Shown in pieces: positions 55,170 through 64,000 of a stretch of DNA of 64,000 bases (positions are counted from its first letter, which is position 1; every line of letters starts with the position of its first letter). The stretch comes from an uncultured Actinomycetota bacterium (GTDB lineage Bacteria; Actinomycetota; Actinomycetes; Mycobacteriales; Nakamurellaceae), in contig CAVWTC010000015.1 of assembly GCA_963757645.1 (NCBI GenBank), positions 93,414-157,413 of the forward strand, written 5' to 3'. The notes beneath the pieces were generated by a model. That model did no database searches. It saw only the letters and a program-made list of their open reading frames with translations, and was not told the origin of the DNA. The position numbers were made by a program, and so were the translations under genes.

Positions 55170-56137
55170 CGATGTGCTTCACCCCGCTGGCCGAGGCCGG
55201 CCTGGCCGCTGCCGCGGACAGCCGGGTCGGCGGGTTCTCCCGTGGCATGACGCAGCGGCTGGGACTGGGCCCGCGCGCTGGTCACCGACCCCGACCCGTT
55301 GATCCCCGACGAACCCACGTCGGCGCTCGACCCCGCCGGGCGCGGAGGTGCTGGCCCTGGTGGCCCTGGTGGCCGGGCTGCGCGGCCGCCGGACGGTGAT
55401 CTTCTCCAGCCACATCGCAGCGACGTCCAACGTGTCGCTGACCGCGTCGGGATCCTTCGTCAGGGTCGCCCGCTGTACCAGGGCGGACCCGGACGCCGAT
55501 CGACGACCACCTGCAGCCCCACCGGCTGGTCCGGGTCGCCGGCAGTCCCGCGGCCCTGCGCGGTGTTCTGCAGGACTGCGCGTGGGTGACCCCCATCGAT
55601 GACGCCGGACCGGCCGCACTGCAGGTGGAAGCGGTGTCGATCGAGGCCGGTGAGCGCGGGATCCCGGCCGCCGTTGCTGCCCGCGACGAGCGGCTCGTCA
55701 TTCGAACCCGTTGCGCGTCTATCTCGTGTTCGGGATGCTCGGCCCGGTGCTGCCCGGTACATGGCACAGCTGATGCAGCGGGTGCAGTCGGAGATCACCA
55801 TCATCGTCCCTCCGCCGCAACCCGGGGCGGGGTGGTGAACTACCTGAGCCAGGTCGGCCAGATCGGTCTCCTCGTCGTCGTCGTCGCCGCCTCGTCCCTG
55901 ACCCGCAGCACTCTCGGTACGGTCGGCGTCAGTCTCGGTGCCCTGATCGCCTTGTCGATCGCCGGCAGCATCGGTGTGCTGCACGACTGGTTGCCGACCA
56001 CGCTCGCCGGGGCACCGGTCGCCGTCCTGCGGACGGACCCCTTCGCCGACTTCCTGCCGGCCCTGGCGATCGGCGTGGTGACGTCCGTCGCACTCGTCGC
56101 GGTCGCGGTTCGCCGTCACCGGCATGGGGAGATCTGA
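55170..56137 (+). pseudogene. Eroded ABC-2 transporter (ATPase + permease fragments)
   Basis: FSRGMTQRLG, DEPTSALDPAGR, TVIFSSH and ADRVGILRQG lie in different frames; no Walker A; permease internally deleted. Confidence 0.8.
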
Positions 56138-56421
56138 GCCGATGCGGCTGGCGAAACGCGTTGCCGCACAAGGTACGTCACCGGTCGCCAGCGCGGCGCC
56201 AGCAACTGCCACCGACAACCTAGGCGCATCGACGCCGCTCGTCCCGCAGCGAGAGGTCGTATGGCCCTGCCGCGCCGAGCCCGACCGGGTCAGGGTGAAA
56301 TCAGCAGCAGACTGCCGTCGCCGGAAACCGGCCGGCAATCCGTGTGCGCCGCCCAGCCGCATCGGACGGCGTGACTGGCGCCATCGCGGCGGCCGGATCA
56401 GCCCGAGAGAAAGGGGTCACG

Positions 56422-57399
56422 ATGACCACCTACGACATTCGAGTCGCCCCCTCAGCGCAGCGCTCGCACGACACCGCGGTGCGCCATCGCGCCGGAGCCG
56501 CACCGATCGCCGTCAGCACCGGGGTCGCCGGAACCGGCCCGCTCGTCGTGGCCGGAGTCGACGAATCGGGGTGGGGACGGCGCGCCGCCCGCTGGGCCGC
56601 CGACGAGGCGGATCGCCGGCACGGACGGCTGTTGCTGGTCCATGCGTACGCGCTTCCGGCCGCCGGCTACTCCGGATACAACCCGTTCCCGGCCGACCTG
56701 CTGTCCACCCTCGAAGAAGAGGCCAGGGAAGCCCTCACCGCGCTCGCCCGGCAGTTGCAGGCCGACCACCCGAACATCTCGGTCGGCACCTTCGTGACCT
56801 ACGGCGACGCGGTCACCGTGCTGCGCAGCGCCGCCTCCGGTGCGGCCCTGGCGGTGGTGGGCGGGCACCGGACCAATCGGGTCGCGATGGCGCTCGGGTC
56901 CGTCGCCGGCAGGTTCGCCGCCCGCAGCCATGTTCCGGTCGTCGTCGTTCATTCCGCCGAAATTCCAGACAGTGGACCGATTGTCGTCGGCGTCGATGGG
57001 TCGCCGGGCGGCGAACCGGCCATCCGTTTCGCCTTCGAAGAAGCGGACCTGCGCGGCGCCCCGCTGGTCGCCCTGCACACCTACGCCAGCCCGGTCGCGC
57101 TGGCCCCGGTACCTGCGTATTCGGCCGCCATCGTCGACCAGGAGATGATCGAGCAGTCCGAGGGCGCGCTGTTGTCCGAGCAGCTCGCCGGCTGGTCGGC
57201 GAAGTACCCCGACGTGACCGTCCAGCAGGTCGTCGTACGGGGTGTGCCGGCCCGGGCCATCCTGGAACGGGCAGCGTCGGCGCAGCTCGTCGTGGTGGGT
57301 ACCAGAGGCCACACAGCGCTGACCGAGTTGCTGCTCGGTTCGACCAGCCAGGCCCTGATCACGCACAGCGCCGCACCGGTCGTGGTGGTCGGGTCCTGA
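56422..57399 (+). CDS. Universal stress protein (tandem Usp domains)
   Basis: VVAGVD, IVVGVDGS, VVGTRG...LLGSTS; AAAGGGG RBS. Confidence 0.92.
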   Translation: MTTYDIRVAPSAQRSHDTAVRHRAGAAPIAVSTGVAGTGPLVVAGVDESGWGRRAARWAADEADRRHGRLLLVHAYALPAAGYSGYNPFPADLLSTLEEEAREALTALARQLQADHPNISVGTFVTYGDAVTVLRSAASGAALAVVGGHRTNRVAMALGSVAGRFAARSHVPVVVVHSAEIPDSGPIVVGVDGSPGGEPAIRFAFEEADLRGAPLVALHTYASPVALAPVPAYSAAIVDQEMIEQSEGALLSEQLAGWSAKYPDVTVQQVVVRGVPARAILERAASAQLVVVGTRGHTALTELLLGSTSQALITHSAAPVVVVGS

Positions 57400-57474
57400 C
57401 CACCGGCCAGCAGCGGACCCGGTCGGCTGCTGCTGCTGCGTAGCGCAGATCAGGCCGCCGGTCGGTACCCCCGA

Positions 57475-57494
57475 CTAGGGACTTTGTGCCCTGG
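57475..57494. promoter_or_regulatory. DosR/DevR-like box CTAGGGACTTTGTGCCCTGG
   Basis: Close to the TTSGGGACTWWAGTCCCSAA consensus; upstream of the pyridoxamine oxidase-like gene. Confidence 0.55.
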
Positions 57495-57569
57495 CAAGGC
57501 CTCCCGGCGCGGCGGCATGCTGGGCCGGATGAGCCGTCGCCGTTGACCTGACACCCCTCGAGGATCCCC

Positions 57570-58007
57570 ATGACAGAATCCGACCCCGACGAAGGATCGA
57601 CGTTGGAGCGCCTCGAGCGCCCGGAATGCGTCCGTCTTCTGCGGAACGGGCTCATCGGCCGAGTCGTCTACACCTACGACGCCATGCCGGCCGCGCAACC
57701 CGTCAACTACGCGGTCGACAACGACGAGATCATCTTTCGCACCGACGGCGGCGACAAGATGAAAGCGGCTGTCAACAACGCCGTCATCGGATTCGAGGTG
57801 GACGAATTCGACTCCGCCGCGCGGACCGGCTGGAGCGTCCTGGCGGTGGGTCAGGCCTACCACCTCATCGACAGCGAACGGCTGGCCGCACTGTCCGCTG
57901 CGCTGCCGGCGCCGTGGGCGCCCGGCCGGTCGACCTACACCGTTGCCGTCCCGCTCACCAAGCTGACCGGGCGCCGGTTGGTCAGACAGGACAGCGAGCC
58001 CGGATAG
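57570..58007 (+). CDS. Pyridoxamine 5'-phosphate oxidase-like (Pyridox_ox_2) protein
   Basis: EC..LL....IGRV, PVNY, FEVD, GWSVL, PWAPG, TGRR. Confidence 0.88.
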   Translation: MTESDPDEGSTLERLERPECVRLLRNGLIGRVVYTYDAMPAAQPVNYAVDNDEIIFRTDGGDKMKAAVNNAVIGFEVDEFDSAARTGWSVLAVGQAYHLIDSERLAALSAALPAPWAPGRSTYTVAVPLTKLTGRRLVRQDSEPG

Positions 58008-58479
58008 CCGGCTCGGCACTGCCCTGACGGTTGTCCCGCATCCGACCGAATCCGTTTGCGCCATGTGGCCGCACCTGCCGCTGGGTCGACGCTGAAGTGG
58101 GAGCGGTCATGCTGTCGCTGGTCAGGGCGCTGCGCAGGATGGTGAGCCGCCTTGTCGGCTCATTCGGAACCGGCCAGCGGGAGTACCGGCAATGAACTGC
58201 CGGGCGTGTAGCGGCTGGCCGAGGAGTGCGTCACCGTCTCACGTCGGCGACCGGATCGGCACAGCCGGCGAGGGCGGGCGTCCGGACGCGCCGCCCCGGG
58301 TGGCCCAGCCGGCATGGGTCGTCAGCCGACCGGGCCCGATGACCGTGCGTCCTGGGCGTCATGGGTCACCGATGGGGTATATGCCCATCCCTGGCCGGTT
58401 CAATCCGATATTGCCATCTGGTTTGTTCGTCGGACTGCCATGGTCACCCACCTAGGGGTGTGCCGCCCCCCGGTGAACG

Positions 58480-58968
58480 GTGGTTGACTCCCGGTTCGTG
58501 GTGATCTCCCCGTCCCTCGCACGGGCTCCGTCGCAGCCGCCGGATCCCGGAGCGCCGACCCCGGAGCCGTCGTCGGTGCGGATGGCGATCGCAGTCGACG
58601 CCGATGTGGTCGCGGCGCGGGCGGCGGTCCGGCGGATGGCCGCGTCCGCCGGCTATACCGGTTCCGAGTTGACCGTGATCGCGACCGCGGTCTCGGAGAT
58701 TGCCCGCAACATCGTCAGCTTCGCCCGCGGCGGCGAGATGGTGATGCGCTGCGTCCGGGAGCCGGCGCGGATCGGCATCAGCATCACCGCCCGCGACAAG
58801 GGTCCGGGCATCGCCGACGTGGCCGGCGCGTTGCAGGACGGGGTCAGTACCGGGAGCGGGCTCGGGCTCGGGTTGCCCGGCGCCCGCCGCCTGATGGACG
58901 ACTTCCACCTCGATTCACGCCTCGGCGAGGGAACAACCGTCTCGATGACGAAGTGGCGCCACTGTTGA
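58480..58968 (+). CDS. Anti-sigma regulatory Ser/Thr kinase (RsbT-like)
   Basis: TAVSEIARNI, DKGPGI, GLGLGL, RRLMDDF, KW. Start position uncertain. Confidence 0.85.
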   Translation: MVDSRFVVISPSLARAPSQPPDPGAPTPEPSSVRMAIAVDADVVAARAAVRRMAASAGYTGSELTVIATAVSEIARNIVSFARGGEMVMRCVREPARIGISITARDKGPGIADVAGALQDGVSTGSGLGLGLPGARRLMDDFHLDSRLGEGTTVSMTKWRHC

Positions 58969-59064
58969 CCCCCCGCTGAGCCGGCATCGCAGCTGACCCG
59001 GTACCGCGGTCGCAGCACCAGCCGCGCCCACCGAAGCGGGCCCGCGGACGCCAGCCCCGCCCGG

Positions 59065-61653
59065 TCAGGCCGTCGTAACCAGGCCGAGCTCCGCGGGCGA
59101 GGCGAGCAGTTCGTGCTTGGGCAGCACCCGCACGGTGTACCCGACGGCGCCGGACTGGGTCAGCGGCAGATGCGCCTCATAGCGGTATCCGGTGTCGGCG
59201 GACCCGGAGGCATCGACCGATGCGAAATCCATGTCCACCGTTGCGATGTCGTGCAATTGCTCGTTGATGTCGACCCGCCCGGTGACCGACTGCACCTGGA
59301 CGTCCTCCGGACTCAGTCCGCCGAGGTCGACAAAGGCCCGCAGCGTCATGACGTTGCCCAGCGATGGTTCGGTGCCGATTCCCGAGGTGTCGACATTGAT
59401 CACCCGGACACTGGGCCAGGCAGCCCGGATCTGGTCCTTCCAAGCGGCCAGCCCCTTGGCCACTGTCAGGTCGCCCGTGACGGCCCGGGAGAACACCGAC
59501 GCCGGGCCGTAGTACTCGTTGACGTAGTCGCGCACCATCCTGGTCGCCTGCACCCGCGGTCCGAGGAACGCCAGCGTGTGCCGGACGGTGTCCACCCAGC
59601 CCTCCGGCCGCCCACTGTCGTTACGGCGGTAGAACAACGGCGCGACGCGCTTCTCGACCAGGTCGTAGAGAGCGGCAGCCTCCAGGTCGTCACGGCGGGA
59701 TTCGTCCCCGACGCCGTCAGCGGTCGGGATGGTCCAGCCGTCGTGGCCGTCGTACAGCTCGTCCCACCAGCCGTCGGAGATCGAGAGGTTCAGCCCGCCG
59801 TTCAGCGCGGCCTTCATTCCCGACGTTCCCGACGCCTCCTGCGGGCGGATGGGGTTGTTCAGCCAGACGTCGGCGCCGGCGCAGAGCACCGCCGCCATGC
59901 TCATGTCGTAGTCGGGCAGGAAGACGATCCGGTGCCGGATGGTCGGGTCGTCGGTGAACCGAACCATCTCCTGCATGTACCGCTTGCCGCCGTCGTCCGC
60001 CGGGTGGGCCTTACCGGCAATGACGATCTGCACCGGGCGGTCGGGGTCGAGCAGGATCCTGCGGAGCCGGGCGGGGTCGCGCAGCATCAGGGTCAACCGC
60101 TTGTAGGTCGACACCCGGCGGGCGAATCCGATGGTCAGGATGTCCGGGTCGAGGATGGTCTCGGTCCAGCCGAGTTCGGCGACCGTGGCGCCGCGCTGCA
60201 ACTGCGAGGTGCGCACCGTGTGCCGGGCCATGGCCACCAGGCGGGACCGCAGCTTGTTCCGCAGATCCCACAGCCGCTCGCCGGACACGGCGTCCGGCGC
60301 CGGCCACTCCGATGCCGACGCAAGATCCTGCCAATCGGCCATGTCGCCTGCGACGTCGTACATCTCGCGGGCCGCCCAGGTGGGCAGGTGTACGCCGTTG
60401 GTCACCGAACCGATCGGCACCTCGTCGGCTTCGAATCCCGGATACAACGGCGCAAACATGTTGCGGGACACCGTGCCGTGCAGCCTGGCGACACCGTTCG
60501 CGCGCTGCGCGAGCCGAAGCCCCATGTGCGCCATGTTGAATCGGCTCCGATCGTCCTCCGACCCCAGCGCCAGCACCTCGTCGACCACGAGCCCGGGCAC
60601 CAGCCGGGAGATCCCGTCCGCACCCGCATCCAGATAGTGCCGCACCAGGTCGACCGGAAACCGGTCGATGCCGGCCGGCACCGGCGTGTGGGTGGTGAAG
60701 ACGGTCCCCGCCCGCACCGCGGACAGTGCCTCGGAGAAAGACAGCCCGTGCTGCGCGATCAGCGCCCTGATCCGTTCCAGCCCGAGGAAGCCGGCGTGCC
60801 CCTCGTTCATGTGGAAGACCTCGGGCATCGGGTGGCCGGTGACCTCGGCATAGGCGTTGACGGCGCGCACGCCGCCGATCCCGAGCAGGATCTCCTGCTT
60901 GATCCGGTGATCCTGGTCCCCGCCGTAGAGCTTGTCGGTGGTCGCGCGCAGCGCGTCGTCGTTCATCTCGTTGTCGGCGTCCAGCAACAACAGCGGCACC
61001 CGGCCGACCTGCGCACACCAGATTCGCGCCGTCAACTGACGGCCACCCGGCATCGGAACGCTGATCGACAGGTGCCCGCCCTTGGCGTCCAGCACCCGCT
61101 CGATCGGCAACCCCTGCGGGTCGTGCGCCGGATAGTGCTCCAGCTGCCAACCGTCGGCGGACAGCGATTGCCAGAAGTAACCGAACCGGTACAGCAGACC
61201 GACACCGATGATCGGCACACCGAGGTCCGATGCCGACTTCAGGTGGTCGCCGGCCAGGATGCCCAGGCCGCCGGAATAGTTGGGCAGCACCTCGGTGACG
61301 CCGAACTCCATCGAGAAGTACGCCACCGCGGCGGGCAACGACTGCCCGATGGCGACCTGGTGCTGGTACCAGCGCGGGTCCTGCAGGTAGTGGTCGAGGT
61401 CTGCCGCAAGGCCGTGCATGCGGGCCAGGAAGGACTCGTCGCGGGCGAGCTCGTCCAACCGGCGTACCGATACCGCGCCCAGCAGTTTGAGCGGATCACC
61501 GGCGAAGCGGTCCCACAGCCCCCGGTCGATATCGGCGAACAGGTCCTGACTCGCGGGATGCCATGACCACCTGAGGTTGCGGATCAGCGCGCCGAGTGGC
61601 TGCAACTCCGGCGGGAGCTGTGGTCGGACGGTGAAACGACGGAGAGCCTTCAC
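59065..61653 (-). CDS. glgP: Alpha-glucan (glycogen) phosphorylase
   Basis: YSGGLGILAGD, HMNEGH, TNGVH, EASGTSGMK. TAAATT 7 nt before GTG. Confidence 0.96.
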   Translation of the reverse strand: MKALRRFTVRPQLPPELQPLGALIRNLRWSWHPASQDLFADIDRGLWDRFAGDPLKLLGAVSVRRLDELARDESFLARMHGLAADLDHYLQDPRWYQHQVAIGQSLPAAVAYFSMEFGVTEVLPNYSGGLGILAGDHLKSASDLGVPIIGVGLLYRFGYFWQSLSADGWQLEHYPAHDPQGLPIERVLDAKGGHLSISVPMPGGRQLTARIWCAQVGRVPLLLLDADNEMNDDALRATTDKLYGGDQDHRIKQEILLGIGGVRAVNAYAEVTGHPMPEVFHMNEGHAGFLGLERIRALIAQHGLSFSEALSAVRAGTVFTTHTPVPAGIDRFPVDLVRHYLDAGADGISRLVPGLVVDEVLALGSEDDRSRFNMAHMGLRLAQRANGVARLHGTVSRNMFAPLYPGFEADEVPIGSVTNGVHLPTWAAREMYDVAGDMADWQDLASASEWPAPDAVSGERLWDLRNKLRSRLVAMARHTVRTSQLQRGATVAELGWTETILDPDILTIGFARRVSTYKRLTLMLRDPARLRRILLDPDRPVQIVIAGKAHPADDGGKRYMQEMVRFTDDPTIRHRIVFLPDYDMSMAAVLCAGADVWLNNPIRPQEASGTSGMKAALNGGLNLSISDGWWDELYDGHDGWTIPTADGVGDESRRDDLEAAALYDLVEKRVAPLFYRRNDSGRPEGWVDTVRHTLAFLGPRVQATRMVRDYVNEYYGPASVFSRAVTGDLTVAKGLAAWKDQIRAAWPSVRVINVDTSGIGTEPSLGNVMTLRAFVDLGGLSPEDVQVQSVTGRVDINEQLHDIATVDMDFASVDASGSADTGYRYEAHLPLTQSGAVGYTVRVLPKHELLASPAELGLVTTA

Positions 61654-62220
61654 GGGAGCGAATTTAGCCCCTCGACCTGCCTAACTCCTACTTCCCGGGG
61701 CCGCGCCGGGAGCACGTTACGCAACGTTCACCGGCGCCGGGTGGTGCCGGCCGACCGCCTCCCGGCGCCGGTGGCAGCGCCCATTTCCTGCGCCGGGCCC
61801 GGTCCGGACGTGGTCGGCGGTGCCCCGGCATCACCGGTACGTTTGGCCCGTGGCCGGCCGTCTCGCTCGATGCGATCCCGCGGCCGAGGTGGCACTGCAG
61901 CACCGGCACGACGCCCCCGCCCGGGACTCCCGCCCACTCTCCGTTGCGCAGGGTGCGGCGGCTGGGGCGGCCGACCCGCCGGGCGCCGCACGGCGCGGAG
62001 TTGCGGCACCGGGTGGCCGTTCGACGGCCCGCCGGTTTTTCAGCGGCCCGTCTGTGGGAACCCTGCCGTCGGGGCGGCGCACCGGCACCCGGATCGTCAT
62101 CCGGTCCGCCGGACCGTTCGCCGACCCGGCGCGCGGTCGGGAACGGCCGCGAAAGCGGACATGACGTCCGTCGTCGACGACCTCAGGCAAGACCTCGGAA
62201 CAGGAAACAGAAAGGTGAGC

Positions 62221-63984
62221 ATGTCCCCAACAGACGGGCAGAGCGCGGTCCGGGAGCCCGTCGCCAGCCAGTACGGGTCGGCGCGGCCGATCGCCGGCGG
62301 CGAGAACGACCGGGAGTGGTACAAGCGGGCAGTCTTCTACGAGGTCCTGGTCAGGGCGTTCGCCGACTCCAACGGTGATGGCACCGGCGATCTCCGTGGC
62401 CTGATCGACAAGCTCGATTACCTCGCCTGGCTCGGTGTCGACTGCCTGTGGTTGCCGCCGTTCTTCGACTCGCCACTGCGCGACGGCGGCTACGACATCT
62501 CTGACTACCGCAAGGTTCTGCCCGAGTTCGGCAGCGTCGAGGACTTCGTCGCCCTGCTGGACGCCGCGCACGAGCGCGGCATCAGGGTGATCACCGACCT
62601 GGTCATGAACCACACCTCCGATGCGCACCAGTGGTTCCAGGAATCGCGGCAGCACCCGGACGGTCCCTACGGGGACTACTACGTCTGGCGTGACGACGAC
62701 ACCGGCTACCCCGATGCGCGGGTCATCTTCGTCGACACCGAACCCAGCAACTGGACCTTCGATCCGGTGCGCAAGCAGTACTTCTGGCACCGGTTCTTCT
62801 CCCACCAACCGGATCTGAACTTCGAAAATCCCGCCGTCGGCGACGAGATGATCGACATCCTGCGGTTCTGGATGGATCTGGGCCTCGACGGGTTCCGGCT
62901 GGATGCGGTGCCCTACCTGTTCGAGGAGGAGGGCACCAACGGCGAGAACCTGCCCAAGACCCACGAATTCCTCAAGCGCTGCCGCAAGGTGATCGACACC
63001 GAGTATCCCAATGCCATCCTGCTGGCCGAGGCGAACCAGTGGCCGGCGGACGTCGTGGACTATTTCGGGGACCCCGCGGTGGGCGGCGACGAGTGCCACA
63101 TGTGCTTCCACTTCCCGCTGATGCCAAGGATTTTCATGGCCGCCCGACGGGAATCCCGGTTTCCGGTCTCGGAGATCCTGGCGCAGACGCCGGCGATCCC
63201 GGAGACCGGCCAATGGGGCATCTTCCTGCGCAACCATGACGAGCTCACCCTCGAGATGGTCAGCGACGAAGACCGCGACTACATGTGGAACGAGTACGCC
63301 AAGGATCCCCGGATGAAGGCGAACATCGGCATCCGACGCCGGCTCGCCACCCTGCTCGAGAACGACACCAACCAGCAGGAACTCTTCACCGCCATGCTGC
63401 TCAGCCTGCCCGGCTCACCGGTGCTGTACTACGGCGACGAAATCGGGATGGGCGACAACATCTGGCTCGGTGACCGGGACGGCGTCCGGACACCGATGCA
63501 ATGGTCGCCCGACCGCAACGCGGGTTTCTCCCGCTGTGATCCGGCTCGGCTCTACCTGCCCGCGATCATGGACCCCATCTACGGTTTCCAGACGGTCAAC
63601 GTCGAGGCGCAGATGAATTCGACCGCGTCGCTGCTGCACTGGACCCGGCGGATGATCGAGATCCGCAAGCGGTACGCCGCTTTCGCCGTCGGCCAGTTCA
63701 CCGATCTGGGAGGTTCGAACCCGTCGGTGCTGTCCTACACGTTGCATTTCGACGGCGACACCGGCGGGATCAAGGGCGAGTCGCACACGGTGCTGTGCGT
63801 CAACAACCTCTCCCGGTTCCCGCAACCGGTCGAGCTCGACCTGCGTGAGCACGACGGCGCCGTCCCGATCGAGCTGACCGGCCACACACCGTTCCCGCGA
63901 ATCGGTCAACTGCCCTACCTGCTGACCCTGCCCGGACACGGTTTCTACTGGCTGGACATCACCGGCCGACCGGAGGAAATGTGA
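62221..63984 (+). CDS. treS: Trehalose synthase (maltose alpha-D-glucosyltransferase)
   Basis: WYKRAVFYE, DLVMNHTS, GFRLDAVPY, AEANQWP, FLRNHDELTLE; GAAAGG RBS. Confidence 0.96.
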   Translation: MSPTDGQSAVREPVASQYGSARPIAGGENDREWYKRAVFYEVLVRAFADSNGDGTGDLRGLIDKLDYLAWLGVDCLWLPPFFDSPLRDGGYDISDYRKVLPEFGSVEDFVALLDAAHERGIRVITDLVMNHTSDAHQWFQESRQHPDGPYGDYYVWRDDDTGYPDARVIFVDTEPSNWTFDPVRKQYFWHRFFSHQPDLNFENPAVGDEMIDILRFWMDLGLDGFRLDAVPYLFEEEGTNGENLPKTHEFLKRCRKVIDTEYPNAILLAEANQWPADVVDYFGDPAVGGDECHMCFHFPLMPRIFMAARRESRFPVSEILAQTPAIPETGQWGIFLRNHDELTLEMVSDEDRDYMWNEYAKDPRMKANIGIRRRLATLLENDTNQQELFTAMLLSLPGSPVLYYGDEIGMGDNIWLGDRDGVRTPMQWSPDRNAGFSRCDPARLYLPAIMDPIYGFQTVNVEAQMNSTASLLHWTRRMIEIRKRYAAFAVGQFTDLGGSNPSVLSYTLHFDGDTGGIKGESHTVLCVNNLSRFPQPVELDLREHDGAVPIELTGHTPFPRIGQLPYLLTLPGHGFYWLDITGRPEEM

Positions 63985-64000
63985 CCAGCCGACATACCGG
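63981..64000 (+). CDS. Start of a coupled downstream gene (probably maltokinase, from synteny)
   Basis: GGAGG RBS and GTGA overlap with the treS stop; only 20 nt visible. Confidence 0.4.

Noticed and set aside
61717-61732. GTTAC-N6-TTCAC as a GlnR box
   Set aside because: Short, weak match with no supporting context.

Overview
High-GC actinobacterial chromosome segment. The conserved backbone comprises pdtaR (partial), tRNA-Leu(CAA), tesB, pyk, gltBD, lgt, trpABC, a Trp-associated membrane protein, trpE, hisI, hisF, priA, and the glycogen/trehalose genes glgX, glgP, treS and a probable maltokinase start. Three accessory blocks interrupt it. (1) About 0.5-12.5 kb, 3' of the tRNA: two esterases, a translationally coupled operon of an Asp-Gly (DGGA)-repeat peptide, a JmjC oxygenase and a sucrase/ferredoxin-like protein, and a GlnA4-type ethanolamine gamma-glutamylation cluster. 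(2) About 31.7-47.9 kb, between hisF and ridA/priA: an ankyrin protein behind a structured leader, an antiporter, an HTHP haem protein, two haloperoxidase-like hydrolases, a LAL regulator, LtrA and an NTF2+5xGAF histidine kinase. (3) About 54.5-59 kb: stress genes with DosR-like boxes, an eroded ABC transporter and an orphan RsbT. The best candidate for an undescribed system is the DGGA-repeat peptide/JmjC/ferredoxin operon (RiPP-like). The second is the RBS-sequestering leader RNA of the ankyrin gene. Several single-base G/C deletions may be sequencing errors. I saw no CRISPR array, rRNA, integrase or transposase. All family calls come from motif recognition by eye; no database searches were run.
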